Shown here: positions 1 to 9,317 of the stretch, piece after piece
Layout: every line of letters starts with the position of its first letter
Numbering within the stretch: position 1 is the first letter of the stretch
Source: Candidatus Marinacidobacterales bacterium
GTDB lineage: Bacteria; Acidobacteriota; Vicinamibacteria; Marinacidobacterales; DATDRI01
Reading direction: 5' to 3'
Length of the DNA: 64,000 nt
NCBI GenBank assembly: GCA_965226495.1
Contig: OZ245365.1
Coordinates: forward strand, 4,448,001 to 4,512,000
The notes under the pieces: model-generated
What the model was told of the DNA's origin: nothing
The model's input: only the letters and a program-made list of their open reading frames with translations
Databases searched by the model: none
Program-made: the position numbers and the translations under genes

Positions 1-263
1 CGCAACACCATTCCCATGCCCTTCAGCCAACCGACAAAAACCCATTAGGGACTTAGACTTCCGGTGGTCGGCTTCTACTGTTCGCGCGTGGCTGGGGGTC
101 GCGGAACTCGACCGGGAACATATCACGTTTTCGTCGCAGGGGAAACAGGAGAGTTGGTCGAGGCACCTTGAGGTTTTCGGGCTCACTCTTTGCCCGCTTC
201 CGCCAGTTGATGTACGTTTCGACGCCTCGGGAGATGCCGGCTTCTTCGATTTCTCTGTCCGAC

Positions 264-968
264 CTAGATGGGTTCAAACGTAGCCCTTACCCAGGTGTAG
301 TAAACGCTGGTGATCGACTCGAAACCGGAATCGGTGCCGACGAAGAGCCATACCGCTCCCGAGGAGTCCGAGGTCACGTTGATCGACCCCGAATCACTCG
401 AGAGCTGCTTGAGCTCCCACTGTGGCGTTTCCCCGCATAGGATCGAGTTCGCGACGTCGCCAATCGCCAGGGCGTCTTCGCCGCTGTTCGTCTGTGTCCC
501 CTTGTCCACGGTCATGAGCCAGAACCCGCCCTCGGCCATCCGGTCCGGCTCGACCGCCGAGACCCCTGCCTTCACGGTCACGCCCTCGCCGGGAGCTCCA
601 CCGACGCCGAAACATCCATTCGGAACCGCCGTGGCAAACTCGACACCGAACTGGACCCGGTAGGGCGTGTCGGGCGAGAGCCCCGCGATCTGCCCTTTGT
701 AGTACATCCACAGGTCATCGCTGTGGTTATTGCCGAAAATGAATAAGCCGTTACCGGATCCGCTCAAGGGCTCGGGAAGAGGCCGATAGTCGGCCACCAG
801 CTCGTAGAACTCGTCCTCCCCGACCGGATAGTCGGCAAAATCGCCCACCCATCCTCGGTCGGTTTGGAGAAAATCGAGAGCGACCGTGATCGCCTCGTCG
901 TTCGAACAGGCTGTAACTGAGACGCTGGCCGTGAGAAGAAGCAAGAACGTAAGAAGATGTTTTGTCAC
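264..968 (-). CDS. Conserved hypothetical lipoprotein
   Basis: 234-aa ORF with hydrophobic N-terminus and lipobox-like VTAC; GTGA overlap with the stop of the upstream M20 gene (965-968) suggests translational coupling. Confidence 0.75.
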   Translation of the reverse strand: MTKHLLTFLLLLTASVSVTACSNDEAITVALDFLQTDRGWVGDFADYPVGEDEFYELVADYRPLPEPLSGSGNGLFIFGNNHSDDLWMYYKGQIAGLSPDTPYRVQFGVEFATAVPNGCFGVGGAPGEGVTVKAGVSAVEPDRMAEGGFWLMTVDKGTQTNSGEDALAIGDVANSILCGETPQWELKQLSSDSGSINVTSDSSGAVWLFVGTDSGFESITSVYYTWVRATFEPI

Positions 969-2347
969 TTGTCATTGTCCTCGGAAAGATGAAAGAGGAA
1001 TCGAACGTATGTTTCGATGCCTCGGAAGAAGTTCGGTAAGTGGAGTTTTTCGTTCGGTCCGTGAATGCCGTCGGTGGGCATGGCGAAACCCATAAGCACT
1101 AACTCGGAGGTGAGCATGTTTTGTAGCAAGCCGACGACCGGCACGCTCCCCCCCTCCCTTCTGTGAATGGGCGGAACCCCCCAGACTTCCTCGAGGGATT
1201 GAGCGGCTGCCCGTATGACTTTCGACTCGAGGTTTACCGCGGACGCGGGCGCGTGGTGTAGCTCCTCGAGCTCCCACGACACGGTGTCGGGCGCGTTCTG
1301 ACGGAGGTATTCCGAGAGCTGCTCGTAGACCCTTCCGCTGTCCTGATCGGGCACTAACCGTATCGAGATCTTCGCCGACGCTCGGGCCGGAATCACCGTC
1401 TTCGCACCTTCGCCGGTGAATCCACCCGTTGCTCCACAGATCTCGAGCGTGGGGCGCGCACCGACTCGTTCGAGCGTCGAATAGCCTTTCTCACCCCAAA
1501 GCGCGGGGACACCAGTCTCCTTCTTCCAAGCCTCGTCGGAATAAGGAGCCCGAAGAAGCGCCTCGCGCTCTTCTGAGGTCAAGTCCCGGACTTTGTCGTA
1601 GAAGCCGGGCAGCGTCACACGGCCGTCCTCATCGTGCATACCGGCGATGAGCTCGCAAAGAACCTGGAGGGGATTGTGAACAGATCCCCCGAAGACACCC
1701 GAATGTAGATCTTTCTTGGGACCTCGGATTTCAAGCTCGAAGAACGCATTGCCTCGCAACGAAACATCGAGAGCGGGAATATCGGGATTTTCGATCGGCG
1801 CGTCACAAACCAAAACCGCATCACAGTCGAGTTTCTTCCGGTACTTGTCGAGAAACCCGGGAAGTCCCGGCGAGCCGATTTCTTCCTCCCCTTCCCAAAG
1901 GAGCTTCAAGTTCACCGGCAGCCCGCCGTGCTTCATCAAGGCCTCGACCGCTTGGAGGAACGAGATGATCTGCCCCTTCATGTCTGCGGCCCCGCGCGCG
2001 AAGATGTCATCACCACGAATCGTCGGTTGAAACGGATCGCTCGTCCACTCGTCGATAGGGTCGACCGGTTGCACGTCGTAGTGACCGTAGACGACGACCG
2101 TCGGCTTGCCGGGGGCGTTTAGCCACTCGCCGTAGACAACGGGGTGCCGCTCGGTGGGAACGATCTCGACACCGTCGAAACCGAGCTTCCGCAGGCGGTC
2201 CGCTAACCAATCGGCCGCCCGTTGGACGTCCGTTTGATGTTCGCTCAACGTCGAGATGCTGGGTATCGAAAGAAACTCCTTCAGCGTGGCGAGATGCGCC
2301 TCACGGTTTTTCTGGGCCGTTTCGATCGCGCCCTCGATTTCCATCAC
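965..2347 (-). CDS. M20/M25/M40 family metallo-dipeptidase (ArgE/DapE-like)
   Basis: Motifs GHYDVQP, RGAADMKG, GEEEIGS, DLHSG, GGSVP, HGPNE; GGAG RBS upstream. Confidence 0.93.
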   Translation of the reverse strand: MMEIEGAIETAQKNREAHLATLKEFLSIPSISTLSEHQTDVQRAADWLADRLRKLGFDGVEIVPTERHPVVYGEWLNAPGKPTVVVYGHYDVQPVDPIDEWTSDPFQPTIRGDDIFARGAADMKGQIISFLQAVEALMKHGGLPVNLKLLWEGEEEIGSPGLPGFLDKYRKKLDCDAVLVCDAPIENPDIPALDVSLRGNAFFELEIRGPKKDLHSGVFGGSVHNPLQVLCELIAGMHDEDGRVTLPGFYDKVRDLTSEEREALLRAPYSDEAWKKETGVPALWGEKGYSTLERVGARPTLEICGATGGFTGEGAKTVIPARASAKISIRLVPDQDSGRVYEQLSEYLRQNAPDTVSWELEELHHAPASAVNLESKVIRAAAQSLEEVWGVPPIHRREGGSVPVVGLLQNMLTSELVLMGFAMPTDGIHGPNEKLHLPNFFRGIETYVRFLFHLSEDNDK

Positions 2348-2382
2348 GACTTGGTCTCCCGCTCACAATCGCAATGGGTTCC

Positions 2383-2994
2383 CTAAAGGCTCATCATCAA
2401 AAATCCACAGAAAGCAGGATTATTTGGCGCAAGATTCTTACTCACTTTACCTTTCATCTCGTTAATCGATTTCCGATACTGACGGTAAAAATCCCAAGAG
2501 GGAGTTGCATTGTACTTCAGATCTAGGCCGATCTTTTCAATGACTAACTTTGTGGTTGTAGGCTTAACGAACACTTCTTTGTTTTGGCGGTAATAGGCTT
2601 GAATCACAGTAGCGAGAGGCCACTTCGCAAGCTTTTCTTTCTTAAGCTCATCAACCAATAGATCGAAGCCCTGTTTTTCTTTACCGTGAAGAAGCTCGTA
2701 GAAAGCCTCTGCAAAGATCTCCTTATTTCTCTTCGGCAACTTTGTAATCATGTCCCGAAACTTAGGCTTTTCAAACATCGAAATCATCGTGGAACGTGAT
2801 ACAAGCTTTGCCGAGGCAGCGATTATCTCATTGGTGTCTCCAAAGGAGTTTTTGGAGAGCTTTTCTTTGGCAAATCCTTCGAGTTGCCCCATCTTGTGCT
2901 TTTTTCCCAACTCAACCATGGAGGGGTGGCCAAATCCTCCCGGATACTTTTTTAGGAATTTCTTCTCAGCCGCCTTGAGTGCCTTTGTATTCAT
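2383..2994 (-). CDS. Hypothetical Lys-rich protein, AT-rich gene
   Basis: 203-aa ORF with GGAG RBS; visibly more AT-rich than its neighbours; ends in NNPAFCGFLMMSL. Confidence 0.8.
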   Translation of the reverse strand: MNTKALKAAEKKFLKKYPGGFGHPSMVELGKKHKMGQLEGFAKEKLSKNSFGDTNEIIAASAKLVSRSTMISMFEKPKFRDMITKLPKRNKEIFAEAFYELLHGKEKQGFDLLVDELKKEKLAKWPLATVIQAYYRQNKEVFVKPTTTKLVIEKIGLDLKYNATPSWDFYRQYRKSINEMKGKVSKNLAPNNPAFCGFLMMSL

Positions 2995-3064
2995 CTTTTT
3001 CTCTCCCTAGATTGATGCCCTTGACTTACTATCCGGCCGTAACATATTACTCATTCACAACACG

Positions 3065-4066
3065 ATGCCGAAAGACACACTCATCACCACCGTCGATTCC
3101 CACACCGCCGGGGAGCCCACGCGGGTCATCACCGAAGGACTCCCGCCGATTCCAGGCGACACCATTGGCCAACAGATGGCCTATTTCCGGGCGAATCTGG
3201 ATTACATCCGCACCGCTCTGCTTCACGAGCCCAGGGGCAATCACCACTTGGTCGGCGCGGTCCTCCTTCCCTCGAATCGTCCAGACGCCGATTTCGGCGC
3301 TTTCTACCTGGATCACAGCCGCTGCTTCAGCATGTGCGGTCACGCGACGATTGGTATAGGGGTGACGCTCGCCAAGACCGGTCGCATCGAAGCCGTCGAG
3401 CCCGAGACGAAGGTGGTCCTGGACACGCCCGCCGGGCTGGTGACCATACGGCTCAGGATCGAGGACGGCCACGCAGTAAGCGGTACCTTGACCAACGTGC
3501 CCTGCTTCCTCCATACCAAAGATATTCCAGTGAGATTCGAGGGTCGGAGCCTGTCCGTCGATATGGCCTACGGCGGCAGTTTCTTCGTGGTGGCGCGAGC
3601 CGAAGATCTGGATAGCGAGATTCGACCTGAGAACGTTCCGAAGCTCGCCCGTTATTCGGGCCTCATCGCGGGTGAGGTTTCAAAGACCATCAGCCCAGCT
3701 CACCCCGAGCATGACGGCCCGGGGTACGAAGACCTGGTCTACTTCCACGGCGATGCCCGCGGCTCACCGGCCGATTTCCGAAGCCTGGCGGTTGGAGGCA
3801 GTGGAAATTTCGACCGCTCTCCCTGCGGGACCGGGACCTCGGCTCGACTGGCAGCGATGTACGCGCGCGGCGAGCTCGGCCCGGGAGAGTCGATACTCGT
3901 CGAGAGCGTCCTCGGCACCTCGTTCGAAGCCAGGATCGCCGAGACCTGCAAAGTGGGAGACTTCCCTGCTGTCGTCCCGGAGATCACGACGGCGGCCTTC
4001 GTCACCGGATACCATCAATTCCTCATTGACCCCGAAGACCCCTTGAAAGACGGTTTTCTCCTGTAG
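3065..4066 (+). CDS. Proline racemase family protein, probably hydroxyproline 2-epimerase
   Basis: HTAGEPTR, EPRG, MCGH and DRSPCGTG motifs, with both catalytic Cys present; LVGA (Val) rather than MFGA (Phe) after EPRG. Confidence 0.9.
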   Translation: MPKDTLITTVDSHTAGEPTRVITEGLPPIPGDTIGQQMAYFRANLDYIRTALLHEPRGNHHLVGAVLLPSNRPDADFGAFYLDHSRCFSMCGHATIGIGVTLAKTGRIEAVEPETKVVLDTPAGLVTIRLRIEDGHAVSGTLTNVPCFLHTKDIPVRFEGRSLSVDMAYGGSFFVVARAEDLDSEIRPENVPKLARYSGLIAGEVSKTISPAHPEHDGPGYEDLVYFHGDARGSPADFRSLAVGGSGNFDRSPCGTGTSARLAAMYARGELGPGESILVESVLGTSFEARIAETCKVGDFPAVVPEITTAAFVTGYHQFLIDPEDPLKDGFLL

Positions 4067-4170
4067 CAGGGTGCTGAAGAATGGCCGGCACCCTGCGCGA
4101 GCGGAGCGAGCCCGGCCCGAGTGGGCCGACGAAACGTTAGGCGCGCGAACGAGGAGTGAGCGCGCATTGA
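4067..4170. repeat. Intergenic GC-rich REP-like element
   Basis: Hairpin GCAGGGTGC...GCACCCTGC directly after the stop codon; shares GCGCGAACGA...GTGAG with the tandem repeat at 48195-48545. Confidence 0.55.
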
Positions 4171-4180
4171 GGCACTAGAC

Positions 4181-4294
4181 GTGAACGAGCTCGTTTCTAT
4201 CATCTTTAGCCTCACCCCCATCGCTCTTGCGATAGGCATCGGCATCTGGCGTCGTCGACAGATCCTCCGCCAAGAAGAACGAGACGGCCGTTGA
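4181..4294 (+). CDS. Small single-TM peptide (37 aa), putative SSS transporter accessory subunit
   Basis: GTG start with GAGG upstream; MNELVSIIFSLTPIALAIGIGIWRRRQILRQEERDGR; its TGA overlaps the TTG start of the symporter (TTGA). Below the ORF-track length cutoff. Confidence 0.65.
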   Translation: MNELVSIIFSLTPIALAIGIGIWRRRQILRQEERDGR

Positions 4295-5757
4295 GCATCG
4301 AGCTCGCTGTTTTCTTGGCCTATCTCCTAGGCCTCCTCGCCTTCGGGTTCTATTTCTACGGCAAGACCAAAGGCGTCGAAGACTACTACGTCGCCGGGCG
4401 TGGGCTGGGCCGATGGGTGCTCGCGTTCACACACGAAGCGAGCGATCTCTCCGGCTTTCTGCTATTGGCCCTCCCGGGGTTCGCCTACATGTTCGGCATG
4501 GCGGGGGCATGGATGGTCTGGGTGGGAACGACCGGCGTACTTTTCGTTTTCGCCATCAACTCGGTCGCGGTGCGGCGATTCGGCCTGCGGTACGGAGCAA
4601 TCACCGTCCCGGACATTCTAGAAACCCGCTACTACGATGCCGAGAAGAAACACCTCCGCATCGTCAGCGTGGTCTTCATCGTTACGTGCACGTTTCTCTA
4701 CGTGAGCGCCCAATGTATGGCGGCCGGTAAGATTCTCGAGCTCGCGTTCGGGCTCGACTACACGATGGGCGTTTTACTCGGCGGAAGCGTGATTCTGATC
4801 TATACCGCCATGGGAGGCATGAGGGCCGTCGCTTGGACCGATTTCGTGCAAGGGATTCTCATGATCGTGGGAGTCGTTCTCGCCTGCGTCCTGGCGGTGC
4901 GCGCCGCAGGTGGCATAGAAGGCGTCTTCTCCGGGCTTCGAGAGATTGACCCTAGTCTGACGACGCCTTTTCCCGACTCCGCGATGGTGCTGATGGGGAT
5001 CGGATTCGTTCTTGGCGGCGGTTCCTTCTCGTATCTCGGCCAACCCCACCTCCAAATGCGCTACCTCTCCGCTCGCTCCAACCGAGATCTCGCCGACGCG
5101 CTGGTCGTCTCTCTCGTCATCGTCTCGATCTTCTCCTTCGGCGCGTTCGTTGCGGGAGCGGCGGGAAGAGTGATCTATCCCGAATTGAGCATGCTCCCCG
5201 GTGCGAGCAACGAGAACATTCTGCTTCATCTCTTCAGCGATCAGTTCCCGGGTTTCTTGAGCGGGCTCTTGCTGGCGGCGGCGATGGCCGCCCTGATGTC
5301 GAGTGCCGACTCGTGGCTCCTCGTCTCCTCGAGCGGCGTGGCGAGAGATCTCTACCAACAAGTCCTGAGACCCGACGCCAGCGAAGAGACGATGCTTCGT
5401 GTCAGCCGCTATGCCACCGCGGGTATCGCCGTGCTTGGAATCCTCACCGCCCTCATCCCCCGGTCGATCATGTGGGCGGTCTGGCTCCCGTGGGGCGGGC
5501 TCGCCCAGTTCGGCCCAGTGCTTGTCTTGGGTATGTACTGGAAACGAGCGACGCGAAAGGCCGCGATCGCTAGCCTAGTGTCTGGCTTCGCGGTCAACAT
5601 GGGCTGGTACCTCCTAGGCTGGCACGAGACTCTGAACCAGGCGGTGCCGGGGATGATGGTGGGGGTGACGGTGTTGGTCGTCGTGTCGCTCGCGGACGAG
5701 CCTCCGCCGAAGGAGATTGACGGTCTGGTCGATTACGTCCGCACCGGCCGCACCTGA
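4291..5757 (+). CDS. Sodium:solute symporter (SSS family, PutP-like)
   Basis: DYYVAGRGLG, ASDLSG, YTAMGGMRAVAWTDFVQG, GQPH and AALMSSADS motifs; many hydrophobic TM segments. Confidence 0.93.
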   Translation: MSIELAVFLAYLLGLLAFGFYFYGKTKGVEDYYVAGRGLGRWVLAFTHEASDLSGFLLLALPGFAYMFGMAGAWMVWVGTTGVLFVFAINSVAVRRFGLRYGAITVPDILETRYYDAEKKHLRIVSVVFIVTCTFLYVSAQCMAAGKILELAFGLDYTMGVLLGGSVILIYTAMGGMRAVAWTDFVQGILMIVGVVLACVLAVRAAGGIEGVFSGLREIDPSLTTPFPDSAMVLMGIGFVLGGGSFSYLGQPHLQMRYLSARSNRDLADALVVSLVIVSIFSFGAFVAGAAGRVIYPELSMLPGASNENILLHLFSDQFPGFLSGLLLAAAMAALMSSADSWLLVSSSGVARDLYQQVLRPDASEETMLRVSRYATAGIAVLGILTALIPRSIMWAVWLPWGGLAQFGPVLVLGMYWKRATRKAAIASLVSGFAVNMGWYLLGWHETLNQAVPGMMVGVTVLVVVSLADEPPPKEIDGLVDYVRTGRT

Positions 5758-5777
5758 AATCTCGCCCGGGCGAGATT
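5758..5777. repeat. Perfect 20-bp palindrome (REP-like), possible bidirectional terminator
   Basis: AATCTCGCCCGGGCGAGATT between convergent genes; related copies at 6675-6705 and 21759-21776. Confidence 0.7.
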
Positions 5778-5791
5778 CTCTCTTGGGTCGA

Positions 5792-6478
5792 TTAGGGTAC
5801 CAAAGGTCCCCATTTGTCGATGTACGCGTCCCGGCAGCTCCGATCCAGGGTGATGCGCTGCCGGGGAACGTCTGAAACCTCGCCGTGGCCACACCCTCGC
5901 TGCTCATTGTCAGACTTACGCTTTTCCGAAGACACAGCACAATCGAAACCAGTCCCAGAACGCCTCGCGATGATACGGACGGGCGCCCTTGAATGCCAAT
6001 GGACCGCAGCACACCCTGGCTCCTCGCCCACTTCTATGAACTTGGACGTAGGATACGCGTCCCCTGAAAAAATCAGTACGTCTACCGTTATGGGCTCGGT
6101 AACTTTCCGGAATCCTTCGAAATCGATGCCTCCACTGTTTCCGGAAATCCCGAACGTTTGCGAGGTCGTTTCGAACTCCACGTCGGGCGGAAAGTCAGAA
6201 ATGGTAACCGTATAGGTCCCTGGGAAGTTCTCGTCGAAGACGTAGTGACCCCCTGTTCCTGTTGTCTGGATCTCGGGCGACGACATCGACTCGGAGGTCA
6301 GTGTCACGGTGATGTTCCTTGCCCCGACATTGTCTATCCTCACGAAGCCGCCAACGGCTCCGAGCACGCCCAGGATATCGTTCGGACCGAACATCTCTTC
6401 ATGTTTTTCGCAGTCCGCGGCAATGAGTGTAAGCACGATCAAGATCCCAAAAAGGAACTTTTTCATACACGCCATCAT
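5792..6478 (-). CDS. Hypothetical exported/lipoprotein with a carboxypeptidase-regulatory-like beta-sandwich domain
   Basis: Start moved to ATG 6478/6475 behind AAGGAG; signal peptide MKKFLFGILIVLTLIAADC; TTGTGGHYVF...PGTYTVTI pattern; Cys/His-containing C-terminal part. Confidence 0.65.
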   Translation of the reverse strand: MMACMKKFLFGILIVLTLIAADCEKHEEMFGPNDILGVLGAVGGFVRIDNVGARNITVTLTSESMSSPEIQTTGTGGHYVFDENFPGTYTVTISDFPPDVEFETTSQTFGISGNSGGIDFEGFRKVTEPITVDVLIFSGDAYPTSKFIEVGEEPGCAAVHWHSRAPVRIIARRSGTGFDCAVSSEKRKSDNEQRGCGHGEVSDVPRQRITLDRSCRDAYIDKWGPLVP

Positions 6479-6674
6479 CGTCTCCTTTTCCCCGAGCTGA
6501 GAGCTTCTCGCGGAACGAGGCTTCGACCGCCACAGGCGAACGTGAGCGCCTATTGGTCTGTTATGGTCAGTGCCACGGTTACCGGGCACCGCTTTAGGTT
6601 TGTTTATTAGATTTTTACCAGTATACGGAACCGGTTCGGGTTTTGCAATAGAGTTTGAGCCGAAACAACCGAAC

Positions 6675-6705
6675 TTTGCCCGGGCGAGATTTTCGCCCGG
6701 GCAAA
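6675..6705. repeat. Inverted repeat, REP-like/terminator
   Basis: TTTGCCCGGGCGA-GATTT-TCGCCCGGGCAAA, 13-bp stem, just downstream of the ECF operon's last gene. Confidence 0.7.
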
Positions 6706-6724
6706 ATTATCGCGGGACGGAGGT

Positions 6725-7150
6725 TTAATTCGACTCGAGGTGCTCCCTACCCTGGGCGATGATGGGTAGGACGTCGTTCTTCCCCACGAACTCGTAGACC
6801 GTTAGGCCCTGTCGCAGCAGAGCGACTTCGCCCTTCATCGTTTTCAACTTTGTCATCAATTTGTCGGCATTCGCTTGGTCCGGCGTGCTGATGACGTTGA
6901 GCTGAACCCTTTTTCCGTTCACGTCATAGAGGGTGTTTCGAAGACTACTGAGGCTCACACCGAGCTTCTGAGCGATTTGCTTGGTCTGATCCACAGGGGC
7001 ATCAAAGTCTGAGACAACTTTCCAGTCAGCGGGCATTTCCGGAGCCGGTGGCGCTTTGGAGATTGTTTCGCTGCCATTGGCAGAACATGCCGCGAAGCAA
7101 ACGAGAATCCCTAATGCGGCCAACCACAACATTTCGGTTCTTTTGTACAC
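6725..7150 (-). CDS. Small hypothetical lipoprotein, last gene of the ECF operon
   Basis: Likely GTG start at 7150 after AGGAAAGAGAGG (or ATG 7132); lipobox FAAC; the ORF-track extension to 7486 overlaps the upstream gene. Confidence 0.75.
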   Translation of the reverse strand: MYKRTEMLWLAALGILVCFAACSANGSETISKAPPAPEMPADWKVVSDFDAPVDQTKQIAQKLGVSLSSLRNTLYDVNGKRVQLNVISTPDQANADKLMTKLKTMKGEVALLRQGLTVYEFVGKNDVLPIIAQGREHLESN

Positions 7151-7170
7151 AGCGGACCTCTCTTTCCTGT

Positions 7171-9291
7171 TTAGGACGATGGCTTCTGGTCGGCGAACGA
7201 GTGTCGGAGTTGAGCGACATACGCCTTCCCATGACGGGCCGCGAGACCTAGCCCCACGAGCACAGAAAGCACCATGGGGAGGGTGGCGCTCACGTGATAG
7301 AAGCCGATGGTGACAAGCAGAATGACGGCACCGATGCCGGCAACTGCAAGGGCCCGCCGCTGCTCGAGGCGAGCGTCTCCGCGTCGTGACAACCAGATGC
7401 CGGTCCAGAAAAGTCCGATGCCCAACAGGTTTACGAGCTGTCCGGTGAACGCTCCCCCGGCGGACGCGTAAGGCACGGAGAACCATGCATCATGGTCCGA
7501 TTGGTTGGCGTAGAGTTTCTCGAAAGCGTAGTGCACACCGGACGTCGGAACGGTGATACGGAGCGGCTCCAGAGCTTGCTGCGCGCCAGCCGCGTCCCCG
7601 AGCTTGGCGAACTCGGCCTCGAGCTCGCTCGCGGAGACCGGCGCTCCGACTCTCACGATATCCATGTTCGTTGAAGGAGCTCCATAGCGCATCTCAGCCG
7701 GCAGAAAGGCGTCCCAGCGGGATTCGGTCACCAGGATGTCCGGGCGCGGTAGGGCGGCGGCGACTTTACCGAGGCGACGGATCCCATCGCCCTCGGTGGC
7801 GTAGACGATCTGGACCGGGAAGCCTCGGGTCGAGTTGAGGATCTTGATGAGAACGCTCGAGGTCTCCTCTTCGTCGTCACCGTCGGAACGAGCCGGGTTC
7901 TCCTGTTTTCCATTCACGAAGACCGACCAGATCTGTGATCCTTCCGGAAGCTGCACACGCAGGAACTGCTTGCGGCTGTTTCGCACGACGAAGTTTGCCG
8001 TTGTAACGAAAAGGCCGTCCCGTGTAAAAAGCGTTCGGTAATCGGCGCGATCGATGACCGCTTCCTGCGTACCCAGCACGCGATGGCGAGTCACGTTGAG
8101 TGCCAAGCGGTGCGGTGGATCGGCATGGACGTACTTGTAGGCCAAGAGGATAGGGTTGGTGGTTCGCAGAACAAGCTGCTGAGGAAGCTCTTTGATATCG
8201 AGCGCGGAGAGTTGCTCGGTTGCGGCCGGCTGGACCTCCACTGCACTCAAGGCCTCGACAGCGATGCGGCCTTGCTCCACTTCGGCGCCCCGAACCGTCA
8301 ACGTCGGGACCTCGACTTCGGACGCATCATCGACCAGGATACGTTCGTAAGTAAGCTCGATACGGAATTGCCCTTCCATTTCTTGCGTGAACTCGATGCT
8401 GACGAGCTGCGCGTCGTCTTGCGGATTGACCGCGTAGGTGCGTAGCGACGGGGCGGTGAGACTCAAGAGGTTGATCCCCTCGGGAAGCTCGAGCTCGAGC
8501 GTGCTGACTCGACCCGACTTCAAGTGAATCTCCAAACTCGCCGCCCCCGTCAAGGTCACCTCACCGAGAGAGATCAGCGTGTCGACCTGAGCATCGAATT
8601 TACCTTGCACCACTTCCGGGGTCGACGTTTCGACCATGACCCGAGGGAGCGCATCGGCGTACTTGAACGTGTGGGCGATGGTCATCGTCACCTCGTCGCG
8701 GACGAAAGCAGGAAGTTGATTTTCGCCCACCCGCGTCGCTTGGGTCTCGTCCGGCTCGCCCACTGGACTCAAGGCGAGGTCGTGACTGGCGAGAAGTGCC
8801 AGCATCCCCTTTTGGCGTTGCACACCCGCAGCCAGGAAGAGTGGTGCCTGAATGCCGCCTTGCTCGGCACCGGGAGCCAAGGAGCGGTCGTAGAAAATGT
8901 CGAACAGAAGCTGTCCTTTCAATTGACGGTCGAGAAAAACTGTCACCGTCCTAGGCGCACCCCGTCGCGTAGAGGGTGCCAGTCGCCAGTCTGCCACCGC
9001 ACCCGACTCTGCGCTGATGCGATTGATCTGAACGTCATCCGGCACCGCGAGCTCGATCACATGGGTCTCACCGCGATTGACCTCGTACTGCACGGTGAGC
9101 CTTCCGTTGAGCACGCCTTCTTCCGCATGAAGAACGTGATAGAGAGACGCGTTCGAGCGCACCTCGGCCCTGATGTTCTCCGGCACCGCCTCCGACCAGG
9201 AAAAAGACACGTGGCCGGTAAGGGGCACATGAACCGTGGCTACTGTCGCTCCATCTCGGATGCGGCTCCTAACGCTGGCGGCCGGCGTCAC
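7171..9291 (-). CDS. Large hypothetical beta-rich protein with C-terminal TM helices (probably the C-terminal part of a split gene)
   Basis: 706-aa ORF; repeated beta-sandwich-like segments; three hydrophobic C-terminal helices; no signal peptide of its own; the reading frame stays open upstream (DLTLPGKKELSVTP). Confidence 0.8.
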   Translation of the reverse strand: MTPAASVRSRIRDGATVATVHVPLTGHVSFSWSEAVPENIRAEVRSNASLYHVLHAEEGVLNGRLTVQYEVNRGETHVIELAVPDDVQINRISAESGAVADWRLAPSTRRGAPRTVTVFLDRQLKGQLLFDIFYDRSLAPGAEQGGIQAPLFLAAGVQRQKGMLALLASHDLALSPVGEPDETQATRVGENQLPAFVRDEVTMTIAHTFKYADALPRVMVETSTPEVVQGKFDAQVDTLISLGEVTLTGAASLEIHLKSGRVSTLELELPEGINLLSLTAPSLRTYAVNPQDDAQLVSIEFTQEMEGQFRIELTYERILVDDASEVEVPTLTVRGAEVEQGRIAVEALSAVEVQPAATEQLSALDIKELPQQLVLRTTNPILLAYKYVHADPPHRLALNVTRHRVLGTQEAVIDRADYRTLFTRDGLFVTTANFVVRNSRKQFLRVQLPEGSQIWSVFVNGKQENPARSDGDDEEETSSVLIKILNSTRGFPVQIVYATEGDGIRRLGKVAAALPRPDILVTESRWDAFLPAEMRYGAPSTNMDIVRVGAPVSASELEAEFAKLGDAAGAQQALEPLRITVPTSGVHYAFEKLYANQSDHDAWFSVPYASAGGAFTGQLVNLLGIGLFWTGIWLSRRGDARLEQRRALAVAGIGAVILLVTIGFYHVSATLPMVLSVLVGLGLAARHGKAYVAQLRHSFADQKPSS

Positions 9292-9317
9292 GCTGAGCTC
9301 CTTTTTTCCGGGAAGCG

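Noticed and set aside
53-277. 74-aa minus-strand ORF or transposase remnant at the window start
   Set aside because: No motif or RBS that I can support; it overlaps the end of the lipoprotein gene.
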